From positions 368,694 to 432,693 of the forward strand of contig CAJQLO010000001.1 of the NCBI GenBank assembly GCA_905479195.1: 64,000 nt of DNA. The letters are read 5' to 3'. The notes beneath the pieces were generated by a model. It saw only the letters and a program-made list of their open reading frames with translations, did not search any database and was not told the origin of the DNA. A program made the position numbers and the translations under genes. The stretch comes from an uncultured Gammaproteobacteria bacterium (GTDB lineage: Bacteria; Pseudomonadota; Gammaproteobacteria; GCA-002705445; GCA-002716945). This document shows positions 27,351 to 37,259 of this stretch, piece after piece (the first letter of the stretch is position 1; each line of letters starts with the position of its first letter).

Positions 27351-27803
27351 ATGTTTAAAGGTATCCATAACATAAACTTGGATGGAAAAGGCAGATTAAC
27401 TATACCAACCAAGTATAGAAATACTATTAGTGATCAGTCGAATGGCAATATGGTTGTTACGATTGATTCAGAAGAAAAATGCTTACTCCTTTATCCGGCA
27501 AATATTTTCTCTAATATTGAAACTAAAATCAATGACTTGCCAAGCTTTACTAAAAATACTAGAAGAATACAACGCTTACTAATAGGTCATGCAGAGGATT
27601 TAGAGTTAGATTCAAGCGGAAGAATATTATTACCTAAGCCTCTTAGACTCGTTGCTGAGATGTCTAAAAAAGTCACTTTAATAGGACAAGGTCAAAAATT
27701 TGAAATTTGGAGCGATGATATTTGGAATAATAAAGTCAATAAATGGAGATCTGAAGAAACAGATGAATCAGAGGAATCTGTTTTATCAGATATTAGAATT
27801 TAA
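27351..27803 (+). CDS. mraZ: transcriptional regulator MraZ
   Basis: MFKGIHNINLDGKGRLTIPTKYR... canonical MraZ with duplicated DUF-type halves. 150 aa. First gene of the dcw cluster. Confidence 0.9.
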   Translation: MFKGIHNINLDGKGRLTIPTKYRNTISDQSNGNMVVTIDSEEKCLLLYPANIFSNIETKINDLPSFTKNTRRIQRLLIGHAEDLELDSSGRILLPKPLRLVAEMSKKVTLIGQGQKFEIWSDDIWNNKVNKWRSEETDESEESVLSDIRI

Positions 27804-28000
27804 TGAAATTAGATAGATATTATAGAACATTGGGTGTAACTGGAAATGAAGACGTTAGAGTCATCAAACAGGCATTTATGAGAGTTGCTCAAAAATATCA
27901 TCCTGATAAGAACCCTGATGATATTAAGTCAACTGAGAAATTCATAGATGCAAGAAATGCATATGAACATATTATGAAATATAAAAAAGGTATTCAATAA
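27803..28000 (+). CDS. stand-alone J-domain protein (65 aa) inserted in the dcw cluster
   Basis: RYYRTLGVTGNEDVRVIKQAFMRVAQKYHPDKNPDD...ARNAYEHI is a canonical DnaJ J-domain with the HPD motif. Start overlaps the mraZ stop and the stop overlaps the rsmH start (TAATG both sides). Confidence 0.65.
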   Translation: MKLDRYYRTLGVTGNEDVRVIKQAFMRVAQKYHPDKNPDDIKSTEKFIDARNAYEHIMKYKKGIQ

Positions 28001-28944
28001 TGATTGCTCCGAAACATATACCCGTAATGCTTAATCAGTCTATTAATGCTATGAAGATTGTGCCTAATGGTACTTATGTTGATGCGACATTTGGATTTGG
28101 CGGGCATTCAAGAAAGATTTTAGATGCTTTAGATTCCGATGGTCGACTCTATGCAATCGATAAAGATACATATGCGATTAATATGATTAGAGAAGATATT
28201 ATTAGCGACAAAAGATTCACCCTTAAACATGGATGTTTTTCAGAATTAGAAAATTTTTCTAAAGAATGGGGTATACATGGTTCAATAAATGGAATTCTAT
28301 TTGATTTAGGAGTTTCCTCACATCATCTTGATGAAGCAGGTAGAGGATTCAGTTTTAATAAAAATGGACCTATAGATATGAGGTTTGATCAATCATCTGG
28401 TATTTCTGCTTGCGAATGGTTAGAAACCGTTGATGAACAAACGTTATCACATGTAATTTGGAAGTATGGAGATGAAAGGTACTCGAGACGTATCGCTAGA
28501 GCAATAGTATACCAGAGGGAGCAAGAAAAAATTTCAGATACTGGACAGTTAGCTAAAATAATAGATAAAGCTATGCCTAGAAATGAAAAGCATAAACATA
28601 ATGCCACAAGAACGTTTCAAGCCATAAGAATCTTCATGAATAAAGAGTTAGAGGTTTTAAAAGATGTATTGAGTAATAGTTATAATATTCTGGCTCCAAA
28701 AGGTAGATTAGTACTTTTAACATATCATTCTCTAGAAGATAGAGTAATTAAAAATTTTCTTGCTGTAACGGATGAAAATATTTCTACTCCAAGAAACTTA
28801 CCTATAAAAAATGAATTTTTAAAAAAAATGTTCAATATTATTGCTAAGTCAATTAAACCTGATAAGGATGAGATTGATTTAAATCCAAGATCTAGATCTG
28901 CGAAATTAAATATACTGGAAAAAGCTAATGAGGATTATGTTTAA
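28000..28944 (+). CDS. rsmH: 16S rRNA (cytosine1402-N4)-methyltransferase
   Basis: HIPVMLNQSI...YVDATFGFGGHS...LGVSSHHLD motifs of MraW/RsmH. 314 aa. Confidence 0.9.
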   Translation: MIAPKHIPVMLNQSINAMKIVPNGTYVDATFGFGGHSRKILDALDSDGRLYAIDKDTYAINMIREDIISDKRFTLKHGCFSELENFSKEWGIHGSINGILFDLGVSSHHLDEAGRGFSFNKNGPIDMRFDQSSGISACEWLETVDEQTLSHVIWKYGDERYSRRIARAIVYQREQEKISDTGQLAKIIDKAMPRNEKHKHNATRTFQAIRIFMNKELEVLKDVLSNSYNILAPKGRLVLLTYHSLEDRVIKNFLAVTDENISTPRNLPIKNEFLKKMFNIIAKSIKPDKDEIDLNPRSRSAKLNILEKANEDYV

Positions 28945-29197
28945 TTTATTTATATTATTTATTATTACAATATCAGCTTTTACTGTTGTTCATTTAAAGC
29001 ATAAAAATAGAACCATGAATATTAGTATTGAAAATATTGAGCAAGAATTATCTTTCGAATTAAATGAGCATAAGAGGTTGCTGGATACTAAGGGAAAACT
29101 AATTAATCAGAAGTTAGGAAATACTAATATTGAGAAAAGTCTTGGAATGGAAATTCCATCAAAAAAGAAAATAATTTATTTAGATTTGGTTGAATAA
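28928..29197 (+). CDS. ftsL: cell division protein FtsL (small bitopic membrane protein)
   Basis: 89 aa with an N-terminal TM helix then a coiled-coil-like region. Position after rsmH. Confidence 0.6.
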   Translation: MRIMFNLFILFIITISAFTVVHLKHKNRTMNISIENIEQELSFELNEHKRLLDTKGKLINQKLGNTNIEKSLGMEIPSKKKIIYLDLVE

Positions 29198-29211
29198 ACC
29201 GGAGGTGTAGT

Positions 29212-30381
29212 ATGTTTGAGTTAGTTAATGAGTATAATCAGAATGCTGTGATAAAGGTGATTGGTGTTGGCGGCGGCGGTGGTAATGCTGTCATGTCAAT
29301 GCTTGAATCTAAGATTCATGGTGCAGAATTTATTTTAGCAAATACAGATTCTCAGGCTTTGAGAGATGTGAAGGGCGCTACAATGATACAAATTGGATCA
29401 GAGATCACTAAAGGTCTAGGAGCAGGAGCTGATCCGGAAAAAGGAAGGCAGGCAGCTTTAGAAGCAAAAGAAGAATTATCTTCTGCTATTGAAGGTGCTG
29501 ATATGTTATTTATTGCTGCAGGAATGGGTGGTGGTACCGGCACTGGAGCCGCATCAGTCATTGCTCAAATCGCAAGAGATGCAGGAATATTAACAGTAGC
29601 TGTTGTAACAAAACCATATGAGTTCGAAGGAGCTAAAAGGATGTTGCATGCTGAGCAAGGTATAGAAGCATTGGGTGAGTGGGTTGACTCATTGATTGTA
29701 ATACCTAATGAAAAGTTATCTGAAGTGTTTGGAGGTGATAATTCAATATTCTCATCTTTTGAAAATGCAAATGATGTTTTGAGAGGGGCTGTAAAAGGTA
29801 TTGCTGAAATTATAACCATAAGAGGTTTCATTAATGTTGACTTCGCTGATGTTAAAACTGTAATGTCAGGCCGAGGTAAAGCAATGATGGGTTCTGGTTG
29901 TGCGACAGGTGATAATCGTGCCGAAGAAGCTGTTCAAGCTGCACTAAATAGTCCTTTATTAGATAATATAGACTTGCATGGTGCAAGTGGTGTATTAGTT
30001 AATATTACAGCTGGAGCAAATTTAACTTCTAATGAGTTTGGTGTAATAGGCGAGCGAGTTAAAGAAATTGCAAATGAAAATGCAACCGTTATTGTAGGTT
30101 GTATAAAAGAAGAAGATAGTTTAGGAGAATTAAGAGTGACTCTGATAGCGACAGGTTTTGAAGAATTTTCTGAAAATCCAGATGCTTTAGAAGAAAATAT
30201 ATCTCATAGTCAAACAGGCATATCTTCATCTAATGGAACAATGGCGGCAATGACAACAGCCAATGTTTCATCAACAGCAACTTCTAGCTATAGTAATCCT
30301 ATAACTAGCAATACAATTACAGAAAAAGAAAAGGCAGAGAATATAGATATACCTGCTTTCTTAAGGCAACAAGCTGACTAG
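29212..30381 (+). CDS. ftsZ: cell division GTPase FtsZ
   Basis: IKVIGVGGGGGNAV..., the tubulin signature GGGTGTG, and the conserved C-terminal peptide DIPAFLRQQAD. RBS GGAGG. Confidence 0.95.
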   Translation: MFELVNEYNQNAVIKVIGVGGGGGNAVMSMLESKIHGAEFILANTDSQALRDVKGATMIQIGSEITKGLGAGADPEKGRQAALEAKEELSSAIEGADMLFIAAGMGGGTGTGAASVIAQIARDAGILTVAVVTKPYEFEGAKRMLHAEQGIEALGEWVDSLIVIPNEKLSEVFGGDNSIFSSFENANDVLRGAVKGIAEIITIRGFINVDFADVKTVMSGRGKAMMGSGCATGDNRAEEAVQAALNSPLLDNIDLHGASGVLVNITAGANLTSNEFGVIGERVKEIANENATVIVGCIKEEDSLGELRVTLIATGFEEFSENPDALEENISHSQTGISSSNGTMAAMTTANVSSTATSSYSNPITSNTITEKEKAENIDIPAFLRQQAD

Positions 30382-30406
30382 TAAAAGTAATAGCTTAAGC
30401 AAATAT

Positions 30407-32092
30407 ATGTGGAGACAATATTTTATATTATTTATTGTCTCCATAACTTTTCTTCTCATCATAGCAAGAATTATTTTATTACAAGCATTTGACACCGATT
30501 GTTTTTTATTTAATAAGTCTGACTGCAAAGTTAATCTCAGCCATGTAGCAGATAAACGCCAAATAGATCATAGGATAATTAAAAAATATAGAGGTATGAT
30601 CTACGATAGAAATGGTGAAATTCTTGCAATGAGTCTACCTAAAAAAACATTATGCATTAATGTTTATAGAGTTAAACAATTACTAAAAATAAAGGATGTA
30701 AAATATAGCAAGTTACTCAAAATGATTGGATTGTCTGAAAAAGATTTTTCAAAAATATTGAAGAAACACTCGAATAAGAAAGAATATTATTTAAAAAGAA
30801 AGCTAGATGATAGTCTTGCATCAAAAATAATGGATCTAGATCTACCATATATTTATTTTATACCTGAATTTTCTCGTGTTTATCTTGGAGGATCATATTT
30901 TTCTAATATAATTGGATTTACAGATATTGATGACAATGGTCAAGCAGGTATAGAGTACTCAAAAAATAAAGAATTAAGTCCTACTCCAGGAATCAAAAAA
31001 GTTAGAAAAGATAATCTTGGACGCTCAGTTGAATTAATTGAACTTATTAAAAAACCAATATCAGGAAAGAACATATATCTATCTTTAGACAAAAGGATTC
31101 AGTTTATCGGATATGATATTTTACAAAAACATGTAGAGAGTAGTAATGCTGATAGTGCATCACTTGTTTTGATAAAAAATACAACAGGTGAAATAATTTC
31201 TATGGTGAATTACCCATCATTTAATCCTAATAATAGACAAGAGATGACTGGGCATAAAATAAGAAATAAAGTAGCAACATATACATTTGAGCCAGGGTCC
31301 ACCATGAAACCATTTGCAGTATACACGGCATTAGAGACAAAAGCTGTTGATTATAATTATACTATTAACACTTCTCTAGGTTTCGAATTAAATAATAAGC
31401 CTCTCGAAGATTATAAAGACTTAGGGATTCTAGACCTAACAGGAATCATTCAAAAATCAAGTAATATTGGAGCAGCAACCCTATCAAAAAAAACAAATAG
31501 AGAGGATATATATAATACTCTGAGAGATTTAGATTTTGGTGGCAGTTTATATATTGATTGGCCTGGTGAACAAAATGGAAATCTTCATCACTACAATCAT
31601 TGGTCTGAAGATGACCATGCTTCTATTAGTTATGGGTATGGAATATCAGCAACATTATTACACTTAGCTAATGCTTATGTCACATTAGCTAATTATGGAA
31701 AAAAGATTCAATTAACATATGAAAAAGTAAGCAAGAATGAGATTTATTATGATGAAGTTCTAAGTAAAAATATTTCAAAAGATATCATTGAGATGATGAG
31801 GTCTGTCGTTGAGATAGGAGGTACAGGAAGAAAAGCTAAATTAGAAAAATATTCTGTTGCTGGTAAAACTGGCACATCAAGAATGATAGATAGTGGTAAA
31901 TATAATATAAATAAACATAATGCAATATTTGTGGGTATTGTGCCAGCCTCTAAGCCTGAGTATGTAGCTGCAATTATTGTTCGTAATCCTAGAAAAGGTA
32001 ATGCATCAGGAGGAAGACATGCCGCACCTATATTTAAAGAATTTATGAGTCATTCATTAAATTTATTAAGAGTTTATCCAGATATTAAATAG
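30407..32092 (+). CDS. ftsI: peptidoglycan D,D-transpeptidase FtsI (PBP3)
   Basis: N-terminal TM helix, PBP dimerisation domain, and transpeptidase motifs STMKP, SSN and KTGT. 561 aa. Confidence 0.9.
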   Translation: MWRQYFILFIVSITFLLIIARIILLQAFDTDCFLFNKSDCKVNLSHVADKRQIDHRIIKKYRGMIYDRNGEILAMSLPKKTLCINVYRVKQLLKIKDVKYSKLLKMIGLSEKDFSKILKKHSNKKEYYLKRKLDDSLASKIMDLDLPYIYFIPEFSRVYLGGSYFSNIIGFTDIDDNGQAGIEYSKNKELSPTPGIKKVRKDNLGRSVELIELIKKPISGKNIYLSLDKRIQFIGYDILQKHVESSNADSASLVLIKNTTGEIISMVNYPSFNPNNRQEMTGHKIRNKVATYTFEPGSTMKPFAVYTALETKAVDYNYTINTSLGFELNNKPLEDYKDLGILDLTGIIQKSSNIGAATLSKKTNREDIYNTLRDLDFGGSLYIDWPGEQNGNLHHYNHWSEDDHASISYGYGISATLLHLANAYVTLANYGKKIQLTYEKVSKNEIYYDEVLSKNISKDIIEMMRSVVEIGGTGRKAKLEKYSVAGKTGTSRMIDSGKYNINKHNAIFVGIVPASKPEYVAAIIVRNPRKGNASGGRHAAPIFKEFMSHSLNLLRVYPDIK

Positions 32093-32095
32093 ATT

Positions 32096-33502
32096 ATGAA
32101 TAGCCATATTAGAAATATAATTAAATTTGCACAAGAGATTAATCCCAATATTGTAAACTTTACAAAAATATTTTCTTTTCATAGCAAAGATAACTGTAAA
32201 AATAAAATATTAGTACTCAATAATTTATCCAGAAAGGACATGTATGATTATATAAATGAGGCTATAGATAATGGAATTATTGGGTTAATTATTACAACTA
32301 CTATTGATATTAATTTCTTAAAAAAAGATATTCCGGTTTTTAAATCAAAATATTTAAATGATAATTTAAATATATTTCTTGATTATTTATATAATGAGCC
32401 ACTTAAAGATAAAAAAGTAATAGGTGTGACTGGTACAGATGGTAAAACATCAACCTGTCATCTTATTGCCGAGAGTTTGACTAAATTAGGCAACAAGGTT
32501 GGCCTAATATCTACAGAAGGTAATGGAGTATACCCAAGACTAAAACATAGTAATTATACAACACCAAGAAACGATATTTTATATAAAACATTTGACAGTT
32601 TTAGAAGAAAAAAAGTAGATATTATTGTAATAGAGTGTTCTTCGCAAGGTTTACATCAGGGAAGATTAAATCATATAGTTTTTAATGATGCTATAGTAAC
32701 AAATCTAAATAAAGATCATATTGAGTATCATAAAACATTTAAAAATTATGTTAAATCTAAACAAAAACTTTTAAATATGACTATAGGAAATATTTTCATA
32801 AATATGGATTGTAAGAATTCTATCTCTAAGTTTAGCAATATAAAAAAATCAAAAATAATACTTTATGGAAGTCATGTAGATAAGAATATTATGAGTGACT
32901 TAATTAAACCATCAAATATATTAGAAGATTATTTAATAAAATCCAATAAGTCTCTATTATATAAAATTCTCCTTAATGAGGGTTATTCTTTAAATAAAAT
33001 TAGATTCATCTTAAACAAGAAATCTAAAGTCATTAAAGGACGGATGAATTATTTTAATAATAAAATAAATAATGCTACATATATAATAGACTATGCGCAT
33101 ACAGAATATGCCCTAGATCTGCTCTTGAAGGATATAAAAATACAATCTGGAAAATCATTTTTAATAACTTTATTTGGCTGTGGCGGAAATCGTGATGTGA
33201 GCAAAAGGTCCAGGATGGGAATAGTCGCAAAGAAATATTCCGATCAAATTATTTTAACAGATGATAATCCAAGAAATGAAGATCATATTGCTATAATTAA
33301 TGATATTCACAAGAAAATAAAAGATAAATCTAATATATATATTATACCAAATAGGAAAGAGGCAATGAGGAAAGCATTTTCAATGTCTAAGCAAGACACT
33401 GTCATAGTTTTTGCCGGAAAAGGTAATGAAGATAATATTATTTATAATAATAAAGTTATAGGTCATAATGATATAAATTATTTAAAGAAATTATTGAAAT
33501 GA
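32096..33502 (+). CDS. murE: UDP-N-acetylmuramoyl-L-alanyl-D-glutamate--2,6-diaminopimelate ligase
   Basis: Mur ligase P-loop GVTGTDGKTST and DNPR motif (DDNPRNED). 468 aa. dcw order. Confidence 0.9.
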   Translation: MNSHIRNIIKFAQEINPNIVNFTKIFSFHSKDNCKNKILVLNNLSRKDMYDYINEAIDNGIIGLIITTTIDINFLKKDIPVFKSKYLNDNLNIFLDYLYNEPLKDKKVIGVTGTDGKTSTCHLIAESLTKLGNKVGLISTEGNGVYPRLKHSNYTTPRNDILYKTFDSFRRKKVDIIVIECSSQGLHQGRLNHIVFNDAIVTNLNKDHIEYHKTFKNYVKSKQKLLNMTIGNIFINMDCKNSISKFSNIKKSKIILYGSHVDKNIMSDLIKPSNILEDYLIKSNKSLLYKILLNEGYSLNKIRFILNKKSKVIKGRMNYFNNKINNATYIIDYAHTEYALDLLLKDIKIQSGKSFLITLFGCGGNRDVSKRSRMGIVAKKYSDQIILTDDNPRNEDHIAIINDIHKKIKDKSNIYIIPNRKEAMRKAFSMSKQDTVIVFAGKGNEDNIIYNNKVIGHNDINYLKKLLK

Positions 33503-34857
33503 ATATAACAATAGTAGAATTAGAAAATATCTTAAGATCAGAAGTAACTAATAGTTCTTCCATTATAGATTATAAGAATTCTATCTCTATTGATGGAATT
33601 TCCATTGATTCTAGAACAATTAATAAAAATGAATTATTTATTGCAATAAAAGGTGATAGCCATGATGGGCATTTATTTATTAATGACGCTATTAAAAATG
33701 GAGCATCACTTATTATCTCTGAACATAGAGTGGAAGACTTTCCATATATTTCTGTAGATGATACTACGGATTCTTTAGCTGAAATTGCTAAATTTTATGT
33801 TGATAAAATACATCCTATAGTGATAGGCGTTACTGGTACAAATGGAAAAACTTCTGTGACAAATATGACTTCCATGATCCTGCAGACATATAAGAAAACA
33901 TTAAGTACATATAAAAACTATAATAATCAAATAGGGTTGCCTTTATCAGTATTAAAAGCGACAAAAGATGATGAAGTTTTTGTTTTGGAAATGGGGGCTA
34001 GTAAAGTTGGTGACATAAAAGAATTAGTTCAAATTGCAAAACCAACTATAGTAGCTCTATTAAATGTTTCTCCAGCTCATATGGATAGTTTTAAAAATAT
34101 TGAAAATATCATTAAAACAAAGGAAGAGATTTTGTCATATCAAGGGTATCCAAAAACTGTCATACTAAATCTTGATGATCACAATTTTGAAAGGTGGTCA
34201 TTAAAAGCTAACAAGAATAAAATTATTACAATATCTATTAGTCAGCCAGCTGATTATTACATCTCTGGTTCAAATAACCATAATATATGGGTTAAAACAC
34301 CATATTCAGATATTACAAATTTACATGTAAATGATTTAGAGACCCATACTCTTAATAATATTCTATTTTCAATAGCACTTTCATATGAAGCTGGAGCTAG
34401 ATCCTCAAATGTTATAAAAGGACTCTATGATTATAATGATATAGATGGAAGATTTAGTATAAAGGAAGGGCAGCATGGATCTAGAATTATTGATAGCTCT
34501 TATAATGCTAATCCACAATCTTTTATAGCTTCCATTAATTCGCTTGTAAAATTAGATGGTAATCCTTGGCTTATTATGGGTGACATGGGTGAATTAGGTG
34601 ATAATTCTGAGTTATACCATAAGCAAGTAGTGCAACATGCATATGAGATGGGGATTAAAAAATTATTTGTAATTAGTAAGCATGCAAGCGCAATCCTTGA
34701 GGAATTTGGTAAAAATTCATATGATTTTGACTCAATTGATACATTAATTTCCTTTATCAAGCCACAACTCAATGATAATGTTAATATCTTAGTAAAAGCA
34801 TCGCGTTTCATGGAATTTGAAATTATTGTGAATGCATTAACTGAAAGGAAAGATTAA
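33499..34857 (+). CDS. murF: UDP-N-acetylmuramoyl-tripeptide--D-alanyl-D-alanine ligase
   Basis: Mur ligase P-loop GVTGTNGKTS. 452 aa. ATGA overlap with murE. Confidence 0.9.
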   Translation: MNITIVELENILRSEVTNSSSIIDYKNSISIDGISIDSRTINKNELFIAIKGDSHDGHLFINDAIKNGASLIISEHRVEDFPYISVDDTTDSLAEIAKFYVDKIHPIVIGVTGTNGKTSVTNMTSMILQTYKKTLSTYKNYNNQIGLPLSVLKATKDDEVFVLEMGASKVGDIKELVQIAKPTIVALLNVSPAHMDSFKNIENIIKTKEEILSYQGYPKTVILNLDDHNFERWSLKANKNKIITISISQPADYYISGSNNHNIWVKTPYSDITNLHVNDLETHTLNNILFSIALSYEAGARSSNVIKGLYDYNDIDGRFSIKEGQHGSRIIDSSYNANPQSFIASINSLVKLDGNPWLIMGDMGELGDNSELYHKQVVQHAYEMGIKKLFVISKHASAILEEFGKNSYDFDSIDTLISFIKPQLNDNVNILVKASRFMEFEIIVNALTERKD

Positions 34858-34864
34858 TAACTAT

Positions 34865-35950
34865 ATGCTTTATTATTTATTTGACTATTTAACTCAGTAT
34901 AATTCTGGGTTTGATGTTTTCCGTTATCTTACGTTAAGAATCATATTGGCTGCGCTAACAGCCCTGATAATTTCTTTGATACTTGGGCCCATAGTAATTA
35001 ATTATCTGAACAGTAAAAGTTTATACCAAAGCATAAGAAGTGATGGCCCAAAATCACATATTGAAAATAAATCTCAAACGCCATCGATGGGCGGTCTTGT
35101 CATAATAATATCTATAATATCTAGTACATTTCTTTGGTCTGACATTTTGAATAAAAATATATGGATATTATTGCTCACATTAATATCATTTGGGGCAATT
35201 GGTTTCTATGATGATTATCAAAAATTTATTCATTCATCAAGTGATGGAATAAGCGGAAAGAAAAAGTTAATACTTCAAATTATTATTTCTAGTTTCATAG
35301 CATATTTTATTTTTAGCACATCAACAAGTTTAATAGAGTTAGAACTAATGCTTCCCTTTTTCAAAGATTTCGCATTATATCTTGGAATATTTTTTATACC
35401 TTGGTCCATATTAGTTATCATTGGTTCTAGTAATGCAGTAAATTTAACTGATGGTTTAGATGGACTTGCTATTTTACCTTGTATATTAATTGCCGCAGCA
35501 TTTGTTTTATTTGCTTATGTTGAAGGTAATTTTAATATTGCCAATTACTTGTTAATTCCTTATTTGCCTGGAGTATCTGAGGTTGCAATATTCTCCAGCA
35601 CTATTGTTGGCGCAGGACTCGGTTTTCTTTGGTATAACTCATACCCAGCTGAAGTATTTATGGGGGACGTAGGATCTTTATCGTTAGGTGCTGTCTTAGC
35701 TACAATTGCGATTTTGCTAAGACTCGAAGTTGTATATGCGATAATGGGAGGTGTTTTTGTTATAGAAGCTTTATCTGTAATGATCCAAGTAGCCTCATTT
35801 AAATTATTTGGCAAAAGAGTTTTTAGAATGTCACCTATTCATCATCATTTTGAACTTAAAGGTTGGCCAGAACCAAAGATTATTGTTCGTTTCTGGATTA
35901 TAACCTTTGTTTTGGTTCTCGTAGCTTTAGCATCATTAAAAATTAGATAA
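34865..35950 (+). CDS. mraY: phospho-N-acetylmuramoyl-pentapeptide transferase
   Basis: Polytopic membrane protein with MraY motifs (NAVNLTDGLDGLA, HHHFE). 361 aa. Confidence 0.95.
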   Translation: MLYYLFDYLTQYNSGFDVFRYLTLRIILAALTALIISLILGPIVINYLNSKSLYQSIRSDGPKSHIENKSQTPSMGGLVIIISIISSTFLWSDILNKNIWILLLTLISFGAIGFYDDYQKFIHSSSDGISGKKKLILQIIISSFIAYFIFSTSTSLIELELMLPFFKDFALYLGIFFIPWSILVIIGSSNAVNLTDGLDGLAILPCILIAAAFVLFAYVEGNFNIANYLLIPYLPGVSEVAIFSSTIVGAGLGFLWYNSYPAEVFMGDVGSLSLGAVLATIAILLRLEVVYAIMGGVFVIEALSVMIQVASFKLFGKRVFRMSPIHHHFELKGWPEPKIIVRFWIITFVLVLVALASLKIR

Positions 35951-35951
35951 A

Positions 35952-37259
35952 ATGTCAAAAAATAAATTAATACTAGGTATTGGCGTTACAGGCATGTCAT
36001 GCGCAGATTTTTTTAAGTCTAAAGATATCCCTTTTAGGATATTTGATACTAGAGATCAAGATTATTTTCTTAATTATAACTTTAGAGGCATTAATCTTGA
36101 TTCTATTTATTTTAAAGAGTACCCGGTTGATCTTCTAAGCAATATTGATGAAGTAATAATTAGTCCAGGTCTGGATAAAAATCATAGGATATTTAAAGAT
36201 ATTAAAAGATATAACATTAACGTTATAACAGATATTGATATCTTTAAAAGATACTGTGATAGTAAGCTAATATCTGTTACCGGAACTAATGGAAAGACTA
36301 CCATGGTGACAATGCTAAAATATGCATTTAATAAAATAGGTTATAGCTGCATTGCATGTGGAAATAATGGAATACCTCCTCTTTCAATAATAAACAATAC
36401 TTATGATTACATCATGCTTGAATTATCTAGTTATCAGCTTGAATATATGTCAGATTTAAAATCATTTATTAGTGTGATTACGAACATTGAAAATGATCAT
36501 CTGGAGCGACATAAAAATATAGAAAATTACTCAAAAATAAAATTATCAATATATAATGACTCAGCTTTTTCCTTAGCTTCAAACTCAATTAATCATCTTA
36601 CTGATGGTACAAAAAAAATTAAGACTTATGGCATAACTGATGCTGAAGAAATTATTGTTAATGGCTCCATAATTAAAGATTTAAATTACGATGGCTCCAA
36701 GATATATTTTAAAAATGAAAATTTAGAATATAAAGGAAAGCATAATCTTGAAAACATATTAGGAGTTATCTCTATATTAGATATCATTAAGGTTAATATC
36801 AAGAATTCCTTAAGTGCTTTAAATGATTTTAATTATTTACCTCATAGAATAGAGTTGATTGAATCATCAAATAATATAAATTGGTATAATGACTCAAAGT
36901 CTACAAATTGTGCATCAACAAAGGCTGCACTAGAGTGTATCGATGAGAAAATTATTTTAATACTTGGTGGATCTATGAAGGATATGAATTATGAATCATT
37001 GAGTTCTTTGATAAATCAAAAGGTTAAACTTGTAATATTTATTGGCGAAAATAAAACATATATCAAGAACCAGCTAAAAATAACTACTAAAACGATAGAT
37101 GCCAAAAGTATTGAGTCTGCCGTTGAAATATCATTATCACACTCATTAATTAATGATAATGTTTTGTTATCTCCTGCCAGCCCAAGCTTTGACATGTTTA
37201 AAAATTATGAAGAAAGAGGTGCCGCATTTATTTCTGCGGTTCAAAATATTGTTAAGTGA
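35952..37259 (+). CDS. murD: UDP-N-acetylmuramoylalanine--D-glutamate ligase
   Basis: Mur ligase P-loop VTGTNGKTT. 435 aa. Confidence 0.9.
   Translation: MSKNKLILGIGVTGMSCADFFKSKDIPFRIFDTRDQDYFLNYNFRGINLDSIYFKEYPVDLLSNIDEVIISPGLDKNHRIFKDIKRYNINVITDIDIFKRYCDSKLISVTGTNGKTTMVTMLKYAFNKIGYSCIACGNNGIPPLSIINNTYDYIMLELSSYQLEYMSDLKSFISVITNIENDHLERHKNIENYSKIKLSIYNDSAFSLASNSINHLTDGTKKIKTYGITDAEEIIVNGSIIKDLNYDGSKIYFKNENLEYKGKHNLENILGVISILDIIKVNIKNSLSALNDFNYLPHRIELIESSNNINWYNDSKSTNCASTKAALECIDEKIILILGGSMKDMNYESLSSLINQKVKLVIFIGENKTYIKNQLKITTKTIDAKSIESAVEISLSHSLINDNVLLSPASPSFDMFKNYEERGAAFISAVQNIVK

Noticed and set aside
37153-37259. Long N-terminal extension of the ftsW ORF overlapping murD by 107 nt
   Set aside because: The extension has no SEDS-family homology and would be read antiphase through the murD C-terminus. 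A TTG at 37249 just before the first TM segment is a more plausible start.
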